From Marsupella aquatica (Eukaryota; Plantae; Marchantiophyta), in NCBI GenBank assembly GCA_973895155.1, contig OZ316892.1, positions 12,030,238 through 12,094,237 of the forward strand: DNA of 64,000 nucleotides, in the 5' to 3' direction. This document shows, in pieces, positions 37,304-49,203 of the stretch. Position 1 is the stretch's first letter, and each line of letters begins with the position of its first letter. The translations under genes and the position numbers were made by a program. The notes under the pieces were generated by a model. It made no database searches. It was not told where the DNA came from and saw only the letters and a list, made by a program, of their open reading frames with translations.

Positions 37304-38320
37304 AAAGCAATCAAAATGGGATATGCATTTCAGCGGACGCGACATGCTCAGGTCACCCATCTCTTCCGATCCTTTAATTGGGTTCTACTTTCATTTGGAA
37401 CTATGAGCTAGGTGCCCATTTCCCTTGACATGTGAACTCTTCAAATTTTCTCAACTAATTGGTCACCCATCCCAATTGCTATTCCTCCAACACACTAGTA
37501 GAAACCGGGGGGTATTTAGACCCCATTAAACGACTATTCAGTACCGTATAGGACTTGGAAACGACTGGGAAGGACTCCAGTCCTTTATAGGACTGCGAGT
37601 CGTATGTTTTGTTACTATAATCAACTGAGTCCTTTATAGAACTGGTTTATAAGTCGTTTAATAGATTGGATTTTCAGTCTATTTTAGTCTTTGTGTGGGT
37701 AGCTTTGGTGAGTCGTTTTCAATCTTTTATGGGCTGCGATGGTGAGTCGTTGGGAACGACTAAAAAGGTTATGGAGGGTAGTCTTTAAATATACTTTGTG
37801 GGGTATGTATAAGTCTTTCATGTCAACTGGATATGAGTGATGAAGACCCCACTATACTACTTGGAATGAACCCACTCTTGTGCACAAATAACATATTGCA
37901 TTCATGTTTTATTGTGTACTTGGAATGAACTCACTCTATAAGTTCACCATTCATTATGTTAACATTAGAATACATAGTTTCATAAAGCCATCTTCTATAC
38001 CATGTACACTAATATGAATTCACAGATTCAAACTTCATAGACTACAAAGAAGGTCACAAAGTATTCCTCTATACCATACACACTAATACTGAAATGATAC
38101 AAAACAGATTCAAGTATCATAGACAATCACCATAGAGCCATAGTTTGACATCAATCACTTGTTTCATACATACAGAATTCAGAAATATCAATGTCACACA
38201 CAACGGCTCCTTCATCCTCTTTACCAAATGGAAAAATTGGTACAGATATGTCTTGGATCTTTCCAAGGCAATGTCAAAATGTGACACAATTCACATGATT
38301 CTATCTACACTTGCATTCAG

Positions 38321-41300
38321 TCACTGCAGACTAACACACTCTGATGGCCAAAGCACAAGAGATCCTACTGCATCTGCAATTATTTCCTGAGGTGGATCAT
38401 CGTCTCTATTCGGAAATGGCAAATTACAATCAGATACAATCACTGTAGTCAACAACACTACTACATGGTCATCCGGGACCACTTTGCCATGGAATTTTGC
38501 ATGGTCCGGTCGCAAAATGCCTGTACCCACACATACCTGCGAGTCATCCTCCCATGATAGAAGATTATGGACTGGCTCTGCTGTGGCTATCACCTCCACC
38601 TTACCCTGGTTGTTTTTCTTGGCTTTCCTGGGTGGCTTATACATGACATTATTCATACCTTGGTTGCGAGTCATGACTTTGGCACGAGTGTTTTGTGCTG
38701 GTGATCGAGAATTGGCTACACTCTTCTTCAAAGAATCTGCATCCATATTTGACACTTCTGATTGTGTAGCAGGATTTCCCTGCGACATCATCTCAGTATC
38801 TGCCAACATTGTACTTGCTTCAATTGAAGCATCTACAATCTTACTTGCATCCAATGTTGCTCCCAAGTTTCGACGTCGCTTCACCCTGCTCCCACTTGGT
38901 TGAGAGTCTGTCAACTCTGCATCAACTACAATTCAGTGTCATGTCCAACATAAGTCAATCACTCATCACATGTGCTAAATGTACATGTCACCAACCACAA
39001 AGTTGTCACTATCTCCTTACCATTATGAACAGCCTTCTTCCCCTTCTTTGCCATTGCCATATGCTCCATGTCTGCTTCTGTTGATCAATAAACACACCAC
39101 AATATTCAAGTTGAATCTATTAACCACTGAATTGTTTCTCAACATTCATATAGAGGAATTTAAAGCATCAGCTTACCTGATACCTCCTTGGCTATGGTCA
39201 CTGAGGCACTGGGCACATCTTCTTCATTATTGCTCTTTGAATCACCTGATACATCAATCATGATGTCACTTCAGATCCCAGTTCATCCAACCAGTTCTTA
39301 CAGAAAAGATTACCTCCAACCGGCTTAAGCTTCACAAAACTCCATGCACTTTTCAAATGTAATGTACTGGATCATAGCAGGTTACCTGTCTCAGCAACCT
39401 TCTTGCCCTTCTGCTTACTGATTACAGGGTCCTTCTCTGCCTCCACTCTTCTTGCATTCAAACCATTCACTCAATTCATGAAAACTTACTTCTAACATTT
39501 GAACATAGGACACAATGAACAATGGGCCGGTGTCATTTCCATACCTGTGTCAGATTTGCCAATTCCCTTTTTTGTTAACAAGGGCACACTTTGTACAATG
39601 TTGCCCTCATTGTTTGGTTGGGAACCACCCAATTTTTCAATCACAAGCTTGAAATTAGATTCCACTGATGCAAGAAGGTTCGCTACAGATGCCTCCACAA
39701 TATCCAAACGATCAGCCAATTTACTTTCCACTCGAGGGAGTCCACACTCTAATGACTTCAACCGTTCACACATCTCTGTGAGAGTTGTAACAGTTCCCTG
39801 TCATAACACAACTTACATATCTCAGATAACTGTCCCCAAGAACTGGTTGCTTACTTCCTACTACATTTCTTTCTGATGCTCAAGGCCAAATAGTCACAGA
39901 ACATACAGAATTACAACATAATCACCTGTTTGGAAGTTACACTTGTCACCTCACTCCTTTGTTTCATGAACTCCTCTCTCACTTCTTGTGCTGATGGTTC
40001 TTCACCTGTCAATTTCTTCTGCAGTCCACATCAACATACATATGAATGAAACCAAGTGTTGATTGTCAATGAAAATGTAATAATGGTAGCAAGATGATAA
40101 GTTTGAGGCTTACTATCAGGCATGTCACTGCCTTACTAATTGTTCTTTCACTGGAGCATAACTTCCTCTCCCAGCCTGTGAAAGGTGTTTCACTTTGCCT
40201 CGAGCATTTGACATCAGTTCACTCTTGCTCTGTCCAGCCTCCGACATGAACCCTTTGATTAACCATGTCCATTGATCCAGTTCCAATGATGGGGGTGGTG
40301 GCATTCTCCTGTTAGAACCATTGTCTATCCACATCCTTTTCAACCTATGCCTCTCTTGTTTCAAAATCCTCATTGCATAATCTGATATGCAATCTTCAAC
40401 TGGGCCCTTACCATCATTACCAACATACTCCCACCGTTCAAGAATGTCCTTGCAGATAGCAGCCCAATCAGCTTTGTTCTGACTCCTAAACTCTGTAATG
40501 CTCAAATCTAACCAACGCAATACTTCTCCTCTTAGGTCAGAATGCCAACGGTTCTTACCATCACATGTGGGAGTTATCCAACCTTCGGAATTCACTTCTA
40601 CTTTACCAAATTTGTTATTGTCTCCTGCCTTGGTACTCCCTGAAGCGCTACTAGGTGTCCCTCCACGGCCTGGTGTCCCCCCACGGCCTGGGGTCCCTCC
40701 ACGGCCTGATCTCCCCCCACGGCCTAGATTGCATTGTCCAAACCTCCCTGGAGTCCCTGCACATTTACAGGATCCATTTACAGTCACTTACATTAGGTAA
40801 GTATGAATCATAAATCCCGCTGCCAAATATACAGTGGACTTCAGAGCAATTCTGCAATGACCAAGTTACCTCTCCCTTGGCGCATAGATGGTTCTGGACC
40901 ACCTGTCCTATTGCTTTGTCTTGATGAATTAGGGGCATTTCTCCCGCCTGTGAATGATTGCCTCCTATCTGAACGTGGATGGCCTTTGTTGTTTTCGTGA
41001 TTGTCCCAATCAGAGTCTGCATACCAACAGGTACATGCCACACTCATGGACCTGTAAGATAAACTCTTTGCCCTAGCTACACATCAGATAAGTGCATATT
41101 GAGCTAAATCTCTACTACCATCACAAAATCACTAGCACAAGGCACTTACTTGTCCAATCATCCTCCTCACCTTTCCATTGCCCTCTGTACCCGTCTCTAC
41201 CACGCTCTGGGTGTTCATATTCATCCCATCCATCTTCTGCTCCATCATAGTCATCATCATAATTATCAGGCGTCCCTTGCCAATAACTCTGGCTCCTTCT

Positions 41301-41492
41301 AGGGTATGGATTATGTGATTTCTCTCTAGCTGCCCACCTACCTGGGACTTGATGAGGGCCCTGTGCATCCTGCACAGGTGCATTTTTCTGTGAGCCCCCT
41401 GCATCTGGGTCTCCATCCATATCCAATCTTTCCTCTTCACCCCACTCTCCAAGCCCCATGTCTGTCTCCATGTCATCACCCTCTTCCCCCAT
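38321..41492 (-). CDS. Multi-exon TnpA-like protein of CACTA 2 (Ptta/Transposase_24-like plus C-terminal TNP1/EN/SPM-like domain)
   Basis: PPPSLELDQW..SEAGQSKSELMSNAR..SQAGRGSY (40125-40787); VGTG..FHGK..VVV..LPFP..DAVGSLVLWP (38321-38914); acidic and RGG-rich N-terminal exons. The exact exon chain is not fully resolved. Confidence 0.7.
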
Positions 41493-41669
41493 AGCTTCTG
41501 CACAACACCCACAACCAAACAGGGAGAATCAGCACACTAAATTCAAAGTATCAATCAATTTCATGCATATCCAACTATCCTAAACATCATTCCAGGCAGC
41601 AATTCCCGTTCTGTGACTCTGTGCAGGTAGTCATCCTCAACCTCATACTTGCCAATCGCCAGCTGTTGC

Positions 41670-44600
41670 CTATTGCAAATCATCAACCTCATCATATTCC
41701 ATTTGCCCAGGTTCATCATATGTCTCTCTCAATGTTAAGGGGATGTAGTCAGTCCCTGCCCGAGTTGGAAGTACAGTCTCATGACTAGGATGCTCGAATG
41801 CAGCATGGTCATCCAAACTGAACTCTACTTTACTTCCATCCATCCGCCTGTTCCGTGCTTGGCTATGGCATACCACCCTCCAACCATGTGACTCCTCCAC
41901 ATCTGCAAAGAAAGCCTGTTCAACTTGGCTAGGGAAAACAAAAGGCTCAGACCATTCTGGTACTCTGGACCTAAAATTGGCCAACAAGAACCCATCATGA
42001 TCACGCTTCATGGTGGCCCTTGGTCTCTGCCACTCTGATTTCACCCATGATCCCTTCATCAATATCACTGGGACACTTGTGTTACCATAATTCAACACCC
42101 AAATGTCGGTCAACTCCCACACGTAACCCATCTTCATCCACCCCCTCTGTTCTTCAGAGGTTCTCTGCTCAAACACAGAAATCAAACCACAATCATATGA
42201 TACACAATGGTCACCCTGCTCATCCCTCACTCGATAATGATTTCCATAAGCTCTCATCCGTTTGTAGGTCAGAATAGACAATCGTGGTGGCACAGATAGA
42301 AGATACAAATCCTTCTCCATATCTAGGTGATGTCTACTATGCTCTCGAATTGTCACCCGAATCCACTGCTCGAACTGTGGGAAGGGATCCTGCTGCCCAG
42401 AGTGTGCAGCTTTTTGCATATCATATTCCCTACAATATGAGGTACAGGCATAGTTAGGTCTAAACAACACATGACAACCTAAGATCACCCTTGGAACAGA
42501 CAAGAAGCATCACAACAAAGGCAAGTCAATTCAATCACTCACCTCCACCATGGTTGCATAGGCTCTGTGTTTGCCAGCACATATGAATGAGCCTTGTCTT
42601 GAATCGCAACAGGCAGCTGAACAGCACGTCCCACACCTTCAACAACCTCGCCACTCACTCCATCATCTTCACCAGATTTCCAAACTCTTGTCATAGCTTC
42701 ACCAGACCCAGCCATGTACTCTGTTAGGAATCCCAACGTCTCATCCTTAATGTACCCCAATGCCATGGAAGCCTCTGGCCTGTAGTATGTTCTCACATGA
42801 CCTTTCAACAACTTCATGTATCGCTCCATAGGGTACATCCATCTGGTACTGACTGGCCCATACTGCCCTAGCTCTTCTACCACATGGATTAGGAGATGAG
42901 TCATAACATCAAAGAAAGCAGGGGGGAAGTATATCTCCAAGTCACAGAGGACATAAGCAGCATCCTGCTTCAACTGCTCCAATCCTTGGGGATCCCACAC
43001 TTTCACACATATATGGCGAAATACATTGCACAGTCGAAGAATGACATTACGGACTGGTTTCTGCATGAGACCTCTGAGGCATAGGGGCAGAATGTGCTGC
43101 ATCAACACATGGTAGTCATGTGTTTTCATACTGCCAAGTTTATTCTTTGTAATATGCTTCTTGAAGGCACCAGCATAGCCAGAGGGCACTTTCAGACAGC
43201 TCAATCTATACAAGAATGTCTTCCATTCATCCTGTGTGCACACATAGGGAGCTTGGAACTTGAGAAGTACATTGGGATTGCTTGCATGGGGCTTCAACCA
43301 AAGGTGAGGGCGAATCCCCTTCTGTTGCATATCAGCTCGAACTGCTCCTGTATCTTTCTCACCCGACAAGAACTTCAGCAAGCTCTCACAAATATTTTTC
43401 TCAATGTGCATGACGTCCACATTGTGTTTGCTGGGCTCGAATTCCTGCACTCCACAAAGCAAAGAATTCAACAACAGAAACACTAATTAACCACATAGGA
43501 GGATTGTAACCAACATCAATCCACCATTGCTCCAATCTAAAATTGCAATCATACAAGGGCTGGAGGCTAAGTACATTACCCTCCAGTACTCCAACTCCAA
43601 GTCCATCAAGGTCTGTCTTTTCACACCGTGTTTCACCACTGGATCCTCAGGTTCTCGATCAGTGGCACTTCTCTTGTCCCAATCAGCCTTCCTGGCTGCC
43701 CACCTCAGGACTTGCTCTCTGGTGACCCTCTGTGGTGGGCCACGAAGCTCTGTTTTGTTGTTGAAGTGTGCAATTTGAGACCGTGTGTGCCTGTAAGGAT
43801 GATCAACAGGCAGATACCTTCTATGCCCCTGAAATTTCATACTGTGCAGGGCATGCGACCACTCACTTGTCACATTTTTCCCACATGGTGTGCACCCCAC
43901 ATAGCCCTTTGTCACTCGTCCAGATATGATGCCATGGCCTGGGTAATCTGCTATATCCAGCAAACAAATTGCATGCAATCTAAAGGGGCTGGGTCGAAGA
44001 AGCCCCTTCAGAACATCATGGGTTAACACCCCTTCTATCCACAAAGTCTTCCACTCTTCCACTGCTGGAGCCAACATGATATCTATGAATTGCTCGGTCA
44101 CAGAAGCTGGTCCAGGGATTAACAGCACCATCATGACAAAAAACCTCTTTGTAGTCATCCATGGGGGAAGGTTGTAATTTAGCAGCGTAACCGGCCAACA
44201 TGAATAACGGTTGTTTTTGTCTCCAAATGGGTTTACTCCATCCAGTGATAGACCAAATCGAAAGTTCCGCTTCTCTGCAGCAAACTGTGGCCACCTCTCA
44301 TCAACAAATTTCCAATGGTTGGAATCTCCAATGTGACGCTGCAGGCCATCACTGCTCTTGTTATCAGGAGTCCATGTCATCAGCTTGGAAATGGCAGGGC
44401 ATCTAAACAGACGTTGTAGTCTAGGAATGAGAGGAAAATGACGAAGAACCTTGGCAGGGTGTGTACATTTCCCTACATTCTTGTACCTGTGCTTACCACA
44501 ATGAGGGCATGTCAATTTATCTGCATGCTCTTTGCGAAAGAGAACACACCCATCAGGGCATGCGTCAATAGACACATAGTTCAGCCCAAGGTTAGACATC

Positions 44601-45370
44601 AATTTCCTAGCCTCGTACATATTTTTTGGAATTGAATTACCATCTGGTAACATATTTCGGCGCAGGAAGGTCAACAACTCTGTCACAAATATATTGGGAA
44701 CATTGTGATTGCCACAGATGTTCAACAACAACACGACAAAACCCAGCTTGGAGCAGTTCGACCCCTCGTAGATAGGAATGCAAGCTTCTTTGATGTGTTT
44801 TGGGCCCCCAAACACCCACTCCCTCTCTGCTGCACCTTCCCCAATGTCAAAGTCAGGTTCAGCTTGGCCGTCGCCAATGTGTGGCTGCGGTTCATTGTCC
44901 TCTTCTGATTCCACTATGTCGTAAAAAGCATCAAGGTCTTCAAAAATCTCTTGAACCATTCTTGGGACATCCATCCCACCGTCCTCAGTGACTGCCTCTA
45001 CATCTCCATCTTGGTCATCCACGTTCTCATGTTGGACCCCAGGACCATCCTCTGCACAGTCTATGTCCTGCTCTACGTAGTCTCTACGCCTAGCTGTATT
45101 AGAATCCACAAAGTCAGCTCTCCACTCTTCATCAGAGGAGTCTTCTTCTGCTGGTACATTCCAAACCCTCCACCGAGGGTGCCTTTCATGCCGCAGCAGG
45201 TGAAGGTGCACAGTGTTCAAACTCAACGACTTGAATCCTTGGCACTGTGTGCATGGGCATCTCATCCTCCTACTCCTACCTTGGGCGGCCCGGGCTTGTT
45301 CACGCATCCACAATTTAGAATCATGATGCCTAATCCTAAATGGGTTGTGAAGAGGCAACCTTGGAGCCAT
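41670..45370 (-). CDS. Apparently intact TnpD/Tnp2 transposase (~1150 aa, 3 exons)
   Basis: Exons 45370-43580, 43444-42543 and 42429-41670 join in frame. CPCTQC..HLHLLRH, DACPDGC, GLSLDGVNPF, IADYPG, DVMHIEKN, MKTHDYH, PPAFFDVMTHLLIH, WMYPMERYM, EPFVFPSQVEQAF. Confidence 0.93.
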
Positions 45371-45696
45371 CACTATACACACGCACTCAGCACCCTGTCA
45401 TTTTATTATGCAAGTGAAAAATACACTTCCTGTTAAGGATTTCACCCCCGACTGTACTTGCCAAAATACGTAACGTTCCAAAAAAACAAAAAAACAAAAA
45501 ATATAGGTGCCTGAGTCATGTACCTATTCTCAAGTGAATGAGACAAAATTCCTAAATGTTTGAGGGTGTCAACTCCTCCGCTGTCCTCACATGTACTGCC
45601 TCTGCACGTACATCCATGACCATATCAGAGTCCAATCATGTATAGTCATAGACACAAGTGCCAGGTGCGAGACCGGTGTGAGATGTCCTCATCTTA

Positions 45697-46170
45697 CTAC
45701 CACATCAAATACGGATACCAATCCTGTTGTCGATGCCACTCAGCCCTGAGGTACTCAGGCATGTACATTAAGTCATCAAGGTCTAAACCCTGCTCATGCC
45801 ATGGTGGTCTTCGATCCGTGCCTACAAGCAGTGGCAGCAGTGCCCTCCATGGTGCACATGTTGCTACCAAGTCCCTCCACTGGGTACTAATTAGTCTATA
45901 TTTGCAGATATCTTGTGCGCCAGACACCACAAGAACCCTCGGCCAGACATGTGTAAGAACTATATCATCTGCCAAATCAGGCAACAAGGAACCACCTACA
46001 GCATCGTGCTTGTCTAACTCATCTGCTGAAAAGTAAATGTCCTCTTCCGACTGTGCATCCTCATTCACCACAGCATTCACAACACATCCAAGGTCTACAG
46101 GCATTATCTCGGATGGAGCTACACTCTGTCTGGTTACCAATCCACACAAGTAAGCCCAAGCAGTAGCCAT
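45697..46170 (-). CDS. Small F-box-like protein (CACTA 2 cargo)
   Basis: SLLPDLADDIVLTHVWPRV..DICKYRLISTQWRDLV fits the F-box consensus; no C-terminal substrate-binding domain recognised. Confidence 0.65.
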   Translation of the reverse strand: MATAWAYLCGLVTRQSVAPSEIMPVDLGCVVNAVVNEDAQSEEDIYFSADELDKHDAVGGSLLPDLADDIVLTHVWPRVLVVSGAQDICKYRLISTQWRDLVATCAPWRALLPLLVGTDRRPPWHEQGLDLDDLMYMPEYLRAEWHRQQDWYPYLMW

Positions 46171-46406
46171 GCACGATGCAACCCGTAGGAGGACCCTACA
46201 TAGGGCCTGACGGTCTGGAAGAGGCAGCATACCCACCAAAGTCTTCAGCCAAACAGAGCCCAGCAAGTAGATTCACAGTCACACCCCACGCAGCAGGAAA
46301 CAACAATCACTTCAACTGCGACCAACCATGACAAGATGAGTTAGTTCAAGGATCACATTTATTACAAAATTGTGATTTATACAAAAATATGAGGGACTCC
46401 TACTCC

Positions 46407-47255
46407 TCACTCTCTCCCACCTTTGCTAAGCATACATCTCCGCTGAATCTTGGAGGGCCAGGCCTCAAAAATATCAAAGTCCCAAGCATTCTGTCGCTTC
46501 CCTCTAGCTGCTGATTCCAGAAGCCAATCAGGGGAAAGCACCCAAAGATTGTTGTTCATGACAAAATCACGCACTGTTGTCTTAAAGAATTTTCTGCATA
46601 TTTTCATGTATGACAGACCTACAACATGAGTGGAGGTTTCTGTTAGACTCTCCTCCACTGTCCCACCTAGCTCAACAACTATAGACTTGTACAATCTGCA
46701 CTTAGTCTCCCCAATTCCTTCTTCTGCAAATACCACACTGAACCCCTTCATAATGGTATTTCTCTCCTTGCCATGCTCATTCAATATAGCATCTGCACGC
46801 ATAGGATGGTGTCCTATGTTGACAACAGGTCCATATTGGACAGAAGCAAAGTTGGGTTTCTCTGCCACTGCTTCATAGGCTTCCTTTTCAGCCAAAGCCT
46901 CTGCAGTGGCCTCCTCACTCTCCCACAACTCATATTGCTCAGTACTCTGTACACACCTATGTTTAACAGAATCGGTCAGCCAAGAGACTTCAACTACTTT
47001 TAGACCTTGGTTGGTAATGGCAGAATCAATGAAGGACCATGACCACTTGTTCATCACATCCAGCCATGTCCCCGCAACAACATGTGTAGTCTGTGGAGTG
47101 ATGTCCTTGACTTCAGTCCCATGGAACTCTGAGAATCGTTTTTGTACGATTGGCCAACTCACTTGGGTGAACCCATAGTGGCCAGGAATCAAAATGGCTT
47201 TGATTCCAGCCAACAGAGGCGGGTGGTCAACCTTTGTACGTTTCCTAGAGGCCAT
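46407..47255 (-). CDS. Tandem BRCT-domain protein (CACTA 2 cargo)
   Basis: Two repeats: LAGIKAIL..HG..ITPQTTHVV..VVEVSWLTDS and MKGFSVVF..LGG..LTETSTHVV..VLSPDWLLES; N-terminal RKRTK NLS-like motif. Confidence 0.85.
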   Translation of the reverse strand: MASRKRTKVDHPPLLAGIKAILIPGHYGFTQVSWPIVQKRFSEFHGTEVKDITPQTTHVVAGTWLDVMNKWSWSFIDSAITNQGLKVVEVSWLTDSVKHRCVQSTEQYELWESEEATAEALAEKEAYEAVAEKPNFASVQYGPVVNIGHHPMRADAILNEHGKERNTIMKGFSVVFAEEGIGETKCRLYKSIVVELGGTVEESLTETSTHVVGLSYMKICRKFFKTTVRDFVMNNNLWVLSPDWLLESAARGKRQNAWDFDIFEAWPSKIQRRCMLSKGGRE

Positions 47256-47853
47256 GTACACACGGGCCACCTAATCACTGCAGACCGGAAGATAATGCGT
47301 TCACCTGATAATCGGAGGGCCCTTAAAATGCTGCGTTTATAACTTGGTCCAGTCCAGTCGTCTGGTGAGTCTCTGCTCCGATTCCAAATGGGAGAAATAT
47401 TGGGACAAACGTACTAGACACCTGCAAGCATGCACCTCATAGTTTGAATATGTGCCTTCACAATATTGAAGGTGACAAGTGCAATTGTTTTGTGATGCCA
47501 CATACAGATGTTGTAAATGGGCAGACATTCAATGACAATACAAAATGTTGGTACACTTTAAGGGAATTCTCGCAAATTACATAGCCTTGTAACTTATATG
47601 CTCATAATGAGAAGTCCTGATTTAATTTAAGCAGTGTCATGTAAGTCGTGATCAAAATGATTGCAGAGTAAAAAAGGTTCCTAGAAGGCTTAAGGGGAGT
47701 TTTTGAAGGCATGTACCCAGGAACAAGTAATGAACTTAGGGTACTTGTTGCCTAAGCATCCTCTCCTACAGAGGTCCTTCTTCTCAAAATTGGAATGTCT
47801 GCAATCTCCAAGGTATCCACAACAGGTGCACTATGCATGTACATTATTCAGGT

Positions 47854-48534
47854 TCAAAGCCAAGAAATGTGATCTCTCATGGGAGTGTGCAAAGTAGGAT
47901 CTATGGCATGGCGATGACAATAGAAGATCCATCGATCAACACCATGTGCAGAGTGATCATAGATGTGTCTGTCACAAGCATAGCCTTCTGCTTGACGCTC
48001 CTTCAAACAATGAAAGTGCCACATGGTGGGACACCTAACACAGTGGACTATGTCCACCCAGAAATCTTCATCGTGCTGACCACATGCCTTGCACTTATGA
48101 AGTGGGCAAGCTGTGGCAAGATCGGGCAAACATGAAAAACAAAAGAACCTCACACAATATCTGTCAGGGCATTTCCTAACAAGTGGTGGAGCATCAACAG
48201 AGCCCTCATAAGACCCCAACTTCCCACACTGTGCACACTTAGCCTGCTTCTCCAAACAATCAGTGCACATCCAGCCTCCCTGGTGTGCTGACGGGAGGCC
48301 CACCCCTGGACAGTTGTTTTCTGCAGCAAGGTCAGACTCTGGGTTGAGGTGGAAATGCCTCATGCAAGGGCCCTCACATATGGCTAAGCCACCACCATCG
48401 TCACAAATGGCACAACAATGAGCTGCCTTCTGGAAAATCTGACTTGCGGAGAAGTTACTACCATCTGGCCCAACTACACCTGTGTTGCTCACCTCTATCC
48501 CCCGCTTCTTGGCTCGGATTTTAGGGCGTGCCAT
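47854..48534 (-). CDS. Stand-alone EDM2-type atypical PHD-finger cassette (CACTA 2 cargo)
   Basis: CAICDDGG.L..CEGPCMRHFH, CAQCGKLGS, CPLHKC..C, CVRCP..WH..CL and YCHRHAIDPTLHTPMRDHI closely follow the PHD region of plant ENHANCED DOWNY MILDEW 2 proteins as recalled; basic N-terminus. Confidence 0.8.
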   Translation of the reverse strand: MARPKIRAKKRGIEVSNTGVVGPDGSNFSASQIFQKAAHCCAICDDGGGLAICEGPCMRHFHLNPESDLAAENNCPGVGLPSAHQGGWMCTDCLEKQAKCAQCGKLGSYEGSVDAPPLVRKCPDRYCVRFFCFSCLPDLATACPLHKCKACGQHDEDFWVDIVHCVRCPTMWHFHCLKERQAEGYACDRHIYDHSAHGVDRWIFYCHRHAIDPTLHTPMRDHISWL

Positions 48535-49203
48535 GCCTACGCATGAGACAGATAGTACAATTTAGCAGAGTGCACAGACAATACAATTTAGTGTAGTGTA
48601 CAAAAAGTACAGTGTAGCATATAGACTAGAGTGGCAATTGCTACTGCAATGAAATGTTCACACACATGTGCAGAGTAGACATACTTTTTGGTTTGTTGAG
48701 CCCACACTAAAAACTGATCCCCTCGTACAATAGCTCCACCTACACCTCAATTTTGTGGCTATGATTCACCAAAGGAGATCTGCAACAAGATTTAATGCAT
48801 TTGAATCACATATAACAGTCGTGACATGTAAAACAGGCATTTTTTGAACAGGATTGGTATCAAGCAGTGTGATCAGGGTTGTAATTTATACATCCTAAAT
48901 AGGCTATGATAGTGAATGAGACAAATAAGTTAGGCATAAATCACTTTTTCCAGGTTATCACATGGCCCATTAATTCCAGTCTTTGAAAGGAGACTTTTAA
49001 GTGAGCTTGCTAGCCTCTTAAATTAGGATATTGTACTTAGTGCAGCCATAATAGGATAAGTTATGTACTGTTGACCGTAAACCCTGGACCCAAAATTGCT
49101 CATAATTCAAAATCTTAAGTAAATATCCTCTCTGTTCAAGTCAAAGTGTTAAGTTATAGGTCAATGGTCTCTGGTCTGTGCATGCGGTGTGACAAGTGGT
49201 CTT

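Noticed and set aside
36979-37411. Repetitive ORFs in four frames
   Set aside because: Translations of the 24-bp minisatellite.
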